From positions 458,837-522,836 of the forward strand of contig CAWELB010000007.1 in assembly GCA_963809805.1 (NCBI GenBank): DNA of 64,000 nt, in the 5' to 3' direction. This stretch comes from an uncultured Chloroflexia bacterium (lineage in GTDB: Bacteria > Chloroflexota > Anaerolineae > Anaerolineales > UBA4823). Below, in pieces: positions 45,222 through 54,300 of this stretch; the stretch's first letter is position 1, and every line of letters starts with the position of its first letter. Below the pieces are notes generated by a model. That model was not told where the DNA came from, ran no database searches, and saw nothing but the letters and a program-made list of their open reading frames with translations. The translations under genes and the position numbers were made by a program.

Positions 45222-46280
45222 ATGGCAAATATGATGAAAGCCGCTGTTTTTGAGAAAGTTGGTGAGATCAAGGTCAAGGAAGTGCCGGTGCCTGAGATTG
45301 GTGACAATGATGTGCTGATCAAAGTGAAATATACTGGGATTTGCGGGACCGATTGGAGCATCTATAACGGCTGGTATTCGGCCGATAAATTACCCATGAT
45401 CCCTGGGCATGAGTTTTCAGGTGTGATTGCCAAACTCGGCAAGAATGCCAGGGACTTGCAGGAGGGTGATCGGGTCACAGCGGATATCAATATGAGCTGC
45501 GGCACCTGCTTTTACTGCCTGCGCGGTGAAAAATTACTATGTGATAGTTTCACCCAATTGGGCATCCACACAGATGGCACATTTGCAGAATATGTAAAAG
45601 CCCCGGCAGCACAGGTGCACAAGCTGCCTGATAACCTGAGTTTCGAAGAGGGTGCTTTCATCGAGCCCGTCTCGTGCGTCATCCACGCCGCCAAAGCCAT
45701 GGACGCACGCCTTGGTAGCAGCGTCGCCATCATCGGCTGCGGTCTGGGCGTGCTGCACGCCCGCATGGCAGTGTTGCGCGCCTGCGCCCCGGTCATCATC
45801 TTTGGCGATAATCGTAAACGCTTGAAGATAGCCAAAGAGATGGGCGCCGATTATGCCATCCATATCGATGATATCTCCGACCCGGTTGCCGACGTGATGC
45901 GCATCACCGGCGGCAGGGGTGCCGACTACGTCATTGAAGCCGTCGGGACGGTTAAAACCTATGAGCAGGCATTTGCTATGCTGCGCCGTGGCGGTAAACT
46001 CTCCTCGTTTGGCATCGTCGGTGAACAGGATACGATGAAAATACGCCCGTTTGAGTTCGTGTTGGGTGAAAAGAAAATTACCGGTTCGTGTGCAGGTGTA
46101 GGCGCGGATTGGCCGGATGCGATGACCCTGATCTCAAATGGGCGCATCAACCCTAAGCCGTTGTTCTCAATGAAAATCCCGCTGGAAGACCTGGATTGGG
46201 CACTGCACGAGCTGCGCACAGACCCGAGCCTGTTCAAGATTTTCGTCTCACCCGAGATCACTCAAAGGGAAGCCATGTGA
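45222..46280 (+). CDS. zinc-dependent alcohol/polyol dehydrogenase (MDR family) 2
   Basis: CGTDWSIY, GHEFSGVI, CGTCFYCLRGEKLLC and IIGCGLG. Confidence 0.85.
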   Translation: MANMMKAAVFEKVGEIKVKEVPVPEIGDNDVLIKVKYTGICGTDWSIYNGWYSADKLPMIPGHEFSGVIAKLGKNARDLQEGDRVTADINMSCGTCFYCLRGEKLLCDSFTQLGIHTDGTFAEYVKAPAAQVHKLPDNLSFEEGAFIEPVSCVIHAAKAMDARLGSSVAIIGCGLGVLHARMAVLRACAPVIIFGDNRKRLKIAKEMGADYAIHIDDISDPVADVMRITGGRGADYVIEAVGTVKTYEQAFAMLRRGGKLSSFGIVGEQDTMKIRPFEFVLGEKKITGSCAGVGADWPDAMTLISNGRINPKPLFSMKIPLEDLDWALHELRTDPSLFKIFVSPEITQREAM

Positions 46281-46566
46281 TAATCATGATGGGGCAGTCT
46301 AAAATGTCACAATATTGTGGAAAAAATCCTAATCGTAGCGGCGTAACAAGTCCGGTCGGCCATTGACCGGAGGGGTGGCATTTGAACAAAATACACCAGA
46401 AAAGTTTCCCCTACGCCCACATGGTGCGCCTTCGGTCAGGCGCATGGGTAATCAATCATGATATTATCGGAATTCCACCCATCAGGTCAAAAACTAACTG
46501 GGCTGGTCGCCCATCTACATTTGGGACAGCCCCCACATATTTGAAACCGCCATTCGGAGCTACGCT

Positions 46567-46956
46567 TTGAAAATCAGTCGCATCGATCACGTCTCTATCA
46601 ATGTCATTGACCTCGCTAAATCACTGGATTTTTATGCGCGCATTTTGGGGTTCAAGCAGCTGCAGACGGTGGATTGCGGCGATTTCGATATTACCTATTT
46701 CGCACTACCAGATGGCTCACGCCTGGAGCTGTTTGATTATCATGGTAAAAACCATGTGATTTTACGCCAGGAGAGCGATGTGGGTCTCAGGCACATCGCC
46801 TTCCAGGTGGAAAACGTGGCGGAACACGAAAAGCTGCTTCGCGCGGCGGGGGTGGAGATCACCCTGTCCACTTGCGACCTGCCAAACCTCGAGGCGCGGG
46901 TGTTGTTATTCCTCGACCCGAATGGTGTGACGCTTGAATTCTGCGAAAAATTATAA
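46567..46956 (+). CDS. VOC/glyoxalase-family protein
   Basis: 129 aa. IDHVSINVIDLAKSLDFYARILGF and GLRHIAF are typical of VOC. TTG start with a GGAG SD. Confidence 0.7.
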   Translation: MKISRIDHVSINVIDLAKSLDFYARILGFKQLQTVDCGDFDITYFALPDGSRLELFDYHGKNHVILRQESDVGLRHIAFQVENVAEHEKLLRAAGVEITLSTCDLPNLEARVLLFLDPNGVTLEFCEKL

Positions 46957-47029
46957 GTTGATAGCCTATATTGTGTTTTCGTTTCGCAATAAACCCAAGA
47001 TGATTAATTCTTAATGGAGGTAACTGCAC

Positions 47030-48272
47030 ATGGACAATAAAGAGATCCTGCTTTCACCGATAAAGATTGGCACACGCACCTGTGAAAATCGATTTTTCAG
47101 CCAACCCATGGAGTGCACCGATGCAGATGCAGACGGTAATCCTACCGACCTGACCTATGCGCGCTATGAGAACCTGTTCAAGGGTGAGGCTGGCATGGTC
47201 TGCCTGGAAGCGATCACCATCACCGACAAGAACCGCGGGCGCTTGAACCAGTTATTCATCATGCCCCAAAACTTGCCTGCGTTAACGAAATTTGTCAGAC
47301 GCTTGCGGGAAGTGAACCCCAAGACCATATTCATCTACCAGCTAACCCACTCGGGTGAGCTGAGCAACCCTGAATTTTCAAAACGCCTTGCGGTAAAGCC
47401 ACTGCCCGGCTTTGATGCGGAAGTGTTCACCGAGGATGAGTTTGAAAAGATCATGGACGATTTCGTCCTGGCTGCCAAGATCACCTACGATTCGGGTGCG
47501 GATGGGATCGACATGAAATTCTGCCATGGCTATCTCGGGTCTCAAATCCTCAGGCCCTACAACACCCGCCAGTGGAAGTACGGCGGGAAGTGGGAGAACC
47601 GGCGCCAGTTTGCCTTCGACTTATACGAACGCATTCAGAAAGCTGTACCCGATAAGAACTTCCTGATCGGTTCGAAGATCTCCGTTTGGGAAGGCTTCCC
47701 GGGCGGGTTCGGCACCGCCGGACCAGATACACCGGTGATTGACCTGATCCGAGCCGATTGACCTGGTAAAAGGTCTGGAGGAACGTGGCGCCCAGTATTT
47801 CGTGCAATCTGCAGGCAGCCCCTCAATCACCATCAGCCTCACCCAGGCGGATAAAGACCATCCATATTTCGCCTACCTGCACCAGTACTTTGCCAAAGTA
47901 TTGCGGGAAAACCTCAAGAAGGAAACCGTTGTGATCGGCTCGAACTATTCGGTGTTCGGTAAGGGCAGGAGTAAGCTGGCAGCAGTCAGCCACAAGGATA
48001 GTGCTTTGCTGGCGTATGGTGCCCAGAATATCGCCAAGGGTTACACCGATATGATCGGTCTCGGTCGCCAGTCACTGGCTGACCCGTTGCTCCCACTCAA
48101 GCTGCGTGAAGGCCGCGAGAAGGAAATTCATTACTGCACCACCTGTGATAACTGCCTCGAGCTGCTCATCCGCCAGAGCCCGATTGGTTGCTGCACCTAT
48201 AACAAGTTTTACACCAAGGTGTTGGTCAATACGCGCAAAGAAAAAGGCAGCCTGGTGGAAAAACATACCTAG
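47030..48272 (+). pseudogene. Old-Yellow-Enzyme-like NADH:flavin oxidoreductase, split by a 19-bp insertion
   Basis: ORFs 47030..47761 and 47802..48272 are two halves of one OYE-like TIM barrel (FCHGYLGSQILRPYNTRQWKYGGKWENRRQF ... IGLGRQSLADPLLP). Deleting 47747-47765 fuses them in frame. Confidence 0.7.
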
Positions 48273-48296
48273 CATAAAATCACTACCAGTTAGAGA

Positions 48297-49286
48297 TTGG
48301 GAAAGGGAAAGTTTGTGAAATATCGAAAGTTTGGCAGGACGAAACTCCTGGTGAGTGAGGTTGGACATGGTTTATGGGGGATGAGCGGCTGGACGGGTTC
48401 GGATGACAGGCAATCCTTCGAGACCTTACAAAAATCACTCGAGCTGGGCTGCAATTTTTATGACAGCGCCTGGGCATACGGGAGAGGCCATAGTGATGAG
48501 CTGCTGGGGAAGCTGATCAAAGATAACCCCACTGCTCAGATTATTGCCGCCAGCAAGATACCACCCAGGAACTTTAAATGGCCTGGCTCGTCGAAAGATA
48601 AATTGAAGGATGTCTTTCCACGCCAACATATCCTCGATTATGCGGAAAGGATCCTGGAAGGCATTGGGACTGCTCCCTTGGACTTGCTGCAGTTCCATGT
48701 GTGGGACGATTCTTGGACTGAAGATGATGATTGGAAACAGGCTATTGCCGATCTTAAGGCTAAAAAGCTGATCCGCTTTTTTGGCTTGAGCATTAATCGC
48801 TGGGAACCATGGAACGGGTTGAAAGCCATCCGAACGGGTCTGGTGGATGCAGTGCAGGTTATCTATAATATCTTCGACCAGGCGCCTGAGGATGAGCTGT
48901 TCCCACTGTGCGAGAAAATGGACGTGGGTGTGATTGCCCGCGTGCCCTTGGATGAAGGCGGTTTATCCGGTAAACTGACTGATGATACGCATTTTCCGAG
49001 GGACGACTGGCGTGCCAGGTATTTCGGACCAGAGAACCTGCGCCAAACGGTTGTGCGGGCGAATGCGCTGAAAGAGTTATTGCCCGGAGATATGAGCCTG
49101 CCCGAAATGGCGCTGCGTTTTACCCTGACCAACAAGAATGTGTGCACTTCCATTGTCGGTATGCGGAATTTGGATCACCTGCAGGAGGACCTGAGGGTGA
49201 GCGATGGAATCGGCTTGCCTGAGGACTTAATCAGCCAATTACGTCCCCACAGGTGGGATCGAAAGGTGGCTCCCTGGTCGGATTAA
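48297..49286 (+). CDS. aldo/keto reductase
   Basis: FYDSAWAYGRGHSDELLG and the length and pattern of the AKR superfamily. The true start may be the GTG at 48315 (VKYRKFGRT...). Confidence 0.85.
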   Translation: MGKGKFVKYRKFGRTKLLVSEVGHGLWGMSGWTGSDDRQSFETLQKSLELGCNFYDSAWAYGRGHSDELLGKLIKDNPTAQIIAASKIPPRNFKWPGSSKDKLKDVFPRQHILDYAERILEGIGTAPLDLLQFHVWDDSWTEDDDWKQAIADLKAKKLIRFFGLSINRWEPWNGLKAIRTGLVDAVQVIYNIFDQAPEDELFPLCEKMDVGVIARVPLDEGGLSGKLTDDTHFPRDDWRARYFGPENLRQTVVRANALKELLPGDMSLPEMALRFTLTNKNVCTSIVGMRNLDHLQEDLRVSDGIGLPEDLISQLRPHRWDRKVAPWSD

Positions 49287-49378
49287 TCCATCTTCAGCAG
49301 CAGGTCTGGTCAAAAAAACCAGTCCCTGTAAATTAACCCTTCATATACCTATATCCGCTTTCGTAACGCGAAATCGAT

Positions 49379-49762
49379 CTAGCCAGTGAAACGTTCCCGT
49401 ACTTTTGCCGCGATCTGGCGATCGGTCATCTTGTCTGCGGTCTCAACAGCCAGGATATGTCCCTTGTAATTACCGTTCTCAAGGCGTTTTTTAAGCTCGC
49501 CTTTAGCCTCACCCGGGCCGAATATCTGCACCGTGTCTCCATCACGAATAACCGCAACGACTGAATCGTAAAAACTGTTCAGGCTATTTCCAAACTGGCG
49601 ATCGCGCACATCCTCCGCAGAGCCACCCTCGGACGCGTCATCGGAATATCTGACATGCTTTTCCATGTGGGAGGTGATTTCCTTAACTTCTTCGCCTTTA
49701 TCGCTCACAATAACCACCACAGCCTTGCGGTGGTCAATCCACAAACCGATATCTTTCTTCAT
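49379..49762 (-). CDS. hypothetical 127-aa soluble protein
   Basis: Start moved to the ATG at 49762 (MKKDIGLWIDHRKAVVVIV...), which has an AAGGAG SD. Lies 10 nt downstream of the RNB gene stop. Confidence 0.5.
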   Translation of the reverse strand: MKKDIGLWIDHRKAVVVIVSDKGEEVKEITSHMEKHVRYSDDASEGGSAEDVRDRQFGNSLNSFYDSVVAVIRDGDTVQIFGPGEAKGELKKRLENGNYKGHILAVETADKMTDRQIAAKVRERFTG

Positions 49763-49772
49763 AAGGATCTCC

Positions 49773-51278
49773 TTATCTGTTTTTAGGAAAATTGACTTTC
49801 TTGAAATCGATAAACCCCCGCTCAACATTCGTATCGATTAATTGGACACGTATTCGGTCACCTACATCGATACCGTCAAACCCCTGCATCAATTTGCCTT
49901 CGACCGGCATGCTGAGAAGCCGCACCCAGGTGCCTTTCTCGGATGCCCCGGTGACAATCGAATCAAACTGCTCCCCGATCCTCGATTCGAGCAGTAGCGC
50001 CGCTGCAGATTTTTCGACCTGGCGTTCCACTTTCGTAGCAGCATCTTCTGCTTCCGTGCAATGAGCAGCCAGGTCATTTAGCTCATCAAACTTGTATGGC
50101 ACCGGTTGAGTAGATAAGGCTGCTTTCAGTAATCGTTGAGTGATCAGGTCTGGATAGCGGCGATTAGGTGCCGTCGAATGAGCATAGTCTTTGACCGCCA
50201 GACCAAAATGTCCCGGGGCATTTCCTTCAGGGAGTTCGGCAATATATTCACCGTTTCCGAGAAGTTTGATCACTGCCAATGATAAATCGGGGAAACGCAC
50301 AGGGTCGGTGGATTTCTCCTTGATGAGAAACTCCTCCAAGGCTTTTGAATCTGGATGATCAGGAAGCTCGCTGCCGTGCTGGTTGGCAATCTCAACAATC
50401 CGCTCCCATCGTTTGGGCGTGCGTACGACGCGGCGGATGGAGGGGAATTTTCTTGCCGAGAGATATCGGGCGGTCACTCCGTTCGCTGCGATCATCACAT
50501 CCTCGATAATCTCCTTCGCACGGTTCTTTTGTTCTATTTCAAGCGCACGGATTTGATCGCCATCGAATACTGGTTTAGCCTCGATGGTTTCCAGGGTAAG
50601 TGCCCCGTGAATGTGGCGTAAATTCTTCATCCTTTGGGCCGCCTTATCTTGCAGCCGCAAGTTCTCTTCCAGCCCCTTTACAATCGAAACTGCCTCAGGA
50701 ATATCTCCATTCCCTTCCAGCCAGGCGGCCAGGCTGTTATAAGCCAGCTTGGCATGATTGCGTACCCATCCATGGTAGATATCCGCATCCTGAATAGATC
50801 CGTCCGCTCCAACCACCATTTCGATGACAATAGCCAGGCGCTCCTCATTGAGATTCAAGGAGGTAATACCGGTCGAAACTTCTTCAGGCAGCATCGGGAA
50901 GGTCTCCGCGGCGGTATACACCGATGTCGTATTATGGCGCGCGTGCTGATCAATGGCTGAATCATTTTTGATCACTGAGTCTACATCCGCGATGGCCACC
51001 AGGATCTTTACTATTTCCGCAGGTATGGCTTCGGCAACCGTCAGCTGGTCCAGGTCGCGCGAGTCATCGTTATCAATAGATGCCCATAGAAGCTCCCGCA
51101 GGTCACGAATCTGGCTCTCCGTACCAGCTGGCGCACCATTTTTCATCGCAGGCGACTGGAGCCCGCCTAATTCTGCCAGGGCTGCGGAAGAAAAATCAGG
51201 CAGCAAACCTCGCTCGAGCATTGCCCGGTGAGCAATGCTTTGTAACAATGCGTGGTGGTTTTGATCATGGGTAAGCAA
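49773..51278 (-). CDS. RNB-domain exoribonuclease (RNase II/R family) with C-terminal S1 domain
   Basis: SIDNDDSRDLDQL (RNB motif I), HFGLAVKDYAHSTAPNRRYPDLITQRLL (motif IV) and a C-terminal S1-like segment. N-terminal cold-shock domains appear to be absent. Confidence 0.8.
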   Translation of the reverse strand: MLTHDQNHHALLQSIAHRAMLERGLLPDFSSAALAELGGLQSPAMKNGAPAGTESQIRDLRELLWASIDNDDSRDLDQLTVAEAIPAEIVKILVAIADVDSVIKNDSAIDQHARHNTTSVYTAAETFPMLPEEVSTGITSLNLNEERLAIVIEMVVGADGSIQDADIYHGWVRNHAKLAYNSLAAWLEGNGDIPEAVSIVKGLEENLRLQDKAAQRMKNLRHIHGALTLETIEAKPVFDGDQIRALEIEQKNRAKEIIEDVMIAANGVTARYLSARKFPSIRRVVRTPKRWERIVEIANQHGSELPDHPDSKALEEFLIKEKSTDPVRFPDLSLAVIKLLGNGEYIAELPEGNAPGHFGLAVKDYAHSTAPNRRYPDLITQRLLKAALSTQPVPYKFDELNDLAAHCTEAEDAATKVERQVEKSAAALLLESRIGEQFDSIVTGASEKGTWVRLLSMPVEGKLMQGFDGIDVGDRIRVQLIDTNVERGFIDFKKVNFPKNR

Positions 51279-51362
51279 TGTTTTTGTTTCCTCCTTCTTT
51301 TCTTTCTTACGATTTTAACGGCTTGGTAAAATTTCCTGGCATCGAATTTGTTTGGGTAGCCC

Positions 51363-54300
51363 CTATTTCTGTGGTTTTTCCTTAAGGCTCTCTCCCTGGT
51401 CTCCCATCATCACCTCAACCATGTGTATCTTTCCATCGTTAACCAGCGGAATGGCCTGTGGGTCCAGTATATTTCCATCCAATTTCACCAGCTGGACATT
51501 GTGCGCAATATGCGTGGGATTGGTCACCTTTATTTGATAGCTTGTGGCTCCAAATTGATAAGAAATCTCAAACCCGTCCCAGCTTGGTGGAATGACAGGG
51601 TCGATGTGCAATATATCACCAGTCTTCTTAAAGCCCAGGAGAGCCGTCAGACCAAAGCGGTACATCCACGCTGCCGATCCCGTATACCAGGTCCATCCCC
51701 CGCGATGTGTGTAGGGCGGTTTGCTGTAGATATCGGCACAGATCACGTATGGTTCGACACGATATTCAGCCGCCTTCTCCTCTGTCTCTGAATGGAAGAT
51801 GGGATTAAGCAGATCGAACTGCTCGCCAGCTCGCTTCCCATCTCCCAACTGGGCAAAAGCCCAGGCCGTCCAGATGGCAGCGTGAGTATACTGTCCGCCA
51901 TTCTCGCGTATGCCTTGTAGGTACCCTTTGATATAGCCAGGATCATGCTCAGTTTTGTCAAAAGGCGGTGTGAACAGCAGCATTAACCGCTCCTGCGGGA
52001 GAACCAGCCGTTCCAGCACTGACTCCATCGCCTGCTGGCTGCGAATTGGATCGCCAGCACCACTCAATACCGCCCAAGACTGGGCAATTCCGTCGATCTG
52101 GCATTCAAGCTCCTGGTTCGAGCCGAGGGGGAAGCCATCATCATAATATGCTCGACGGTACCATGCACCATCCCAGGCGGTTTGTTCGACTGCGGCAGCA
52201 TATTCCTTGGATCGCGACCGGTAATATTCAGCTATTTCACCATCTCCCCGCTGGTCACATATCCTTGCGAAGCGCTCAAGGATATCGCATAGGAACCATG
52301 CCAGCCAGACACTTTCCCCTTTTCCTTCTATGCCCACCCGGTTCAGGCCGTCATTCCAATCGCCGGTACCGATCAAAGGCAAGCCGTGCATTCCACTGGT
52401 GGCGCCTTTTTTGATTGCCCGGTGGCAGTGTTCTATCAGGGGATACGCTTCTTTCGTCTGAGGATATTCGTTATAGCGTTCTTTTTCATCCTCATTCAAA
52501 GGCGGCGCCTCAAGGAAAGGAATTTTTTCTTCGAGAATACTCACATCACCGGTAGCTTCCAGGTATAGAGCTGTGACATACGGAAGCCACAGCAGGTCGT
52601 CTGAGATGCGCGTTCGCACACCGCGACCGGAAGGTGGATGCCACCAATGCATCACATCGCCCTCGGTGAATTGGAACTGAGCAGCATTGAGTATCTGGCC
52701 GCGGGAAATGGCCGGATCGATTGCCAGTAATGCCAGCACATCCTGGAGCTGGTCGCGAAAACCAAATGCTCCGCTGGGTTGATAGAAAGCCGATCGACCC
52801 CAGATCCGGCAGGAGAGGCTCTGGTACAGCATCCAATGGTTAAGTATCAAATCGGAGGCTGGTTCGGGAGTGTGCACCTGGATAGTATTGAGTAAATGGT
52901 TCCACAAAGCCCGGGTGCGCTCCAGAGCTGCTCCCACATATGCCGAGTCATGATATTTCTTGGCCAGCTCAAGCGCGTGTCCCTTGTTATTCCCCTGCCC
53001 CAGTACAAAGTAAATCTCTTCTACGCCGCCAGGCAGTAAATCGAGATGTAGCTGCAGCACCGCGCAAAGGTCTTCACTGGGTGAAAGGCGTGTTTCCAGC
53101 CCGATACGATGCAAAGCAGCCGGATACTCGAGTGTGCCGCCCCGCCCCAGAAACTCGGTCCGGTCGGTGGTCAAACCATGCACCGGTTTATTAGCGATGA
53201 GGAAAGCGGTTCTCTCACCAAATTCGTGGTTGTATGGGTTGGTAGCCAGCAGGCAGAACTCAGCCGCATCATACTCTGGAATGATATATGGCAGTGATGC
53301 AGCATGAGTAGTTCCCAACACCCATTCGACGTACTGGGTGGCCGTAATCCGGCGGTTGTGATTCCAGGTGTTTTCAACCCGCAAGTGGATAATTTTAACC
53401 GGGTCCTCCGGGCTGGCGAACAGCGTCAGGCGCTGGCGTAGACCGTGGGAATTATGCTCGAAGATGGTGTAGCCCGCACCATGGGTTACGCGATAGGGTT
53501 GGTCTGCACCGGCAGGCAGAGGCGTGGGTGTCCAAACATCACCGGTTTCTTCATCTCGCAGGTAGAGGGCTTCACCGGTTGGGTCGCGTACCGGGTCGTT
53601 GGACCATGGCGTAAGGCGGTTTTCACCGCTGTTCACTGCCCAGGTGCACTGGCTGCCTGATTCGCTAACCATAAATCCAAAATAGGGATAACCGATCACG
53701 TTGACCCACGGGGCTGGAGTGAGCCTGCCGGGACTCAGCTCAATGATATATTCGTGGCCGTCTGCACTAAAACCGCCATATCCGTTATAGAACTGCAAGG
53801 GTCCTGCTGCAGGGAGTGGATCCTCCTCATTGGGGACGACAGTGCTTTCGGGGGACCTGGTTGGAATAAATTCGGGCAGATGAGCAGCCTGGATGGTATA
53901 CGCAGGTATTTGATCATTCATCGATCCGCGATCACCCTTAAAAAGGATGCATCCCGCGGTTTGCAGCAAAGTGTTTTCTTCGGGAGTAATCTGATCCGCA
54001 TAAAGGATGAAAATCCCCCCGCGCTTGTTCAACCACTGCTCGCTGTTCAAACGGTTTACCAGGCGGTAGAGCATCCCATTCAGCTCAGCGCCGTAATCGG
54101 TCTGTTGATAATTGAGAATGACGATATCCACCATCATACGACGGCTGCGTAAAAATTCATGTACTTGCAAAACCTCGCGGATCAGGTCTATCTGTTTAGA
54201 TTCCCTGATCTCGACCAGCAAGATCGGATAATCACCTGAAATACCAAAACGCCATAATCCTGACTGACCAAGCCGGTTTGAGGCGATCGTTTCAGGTGAA

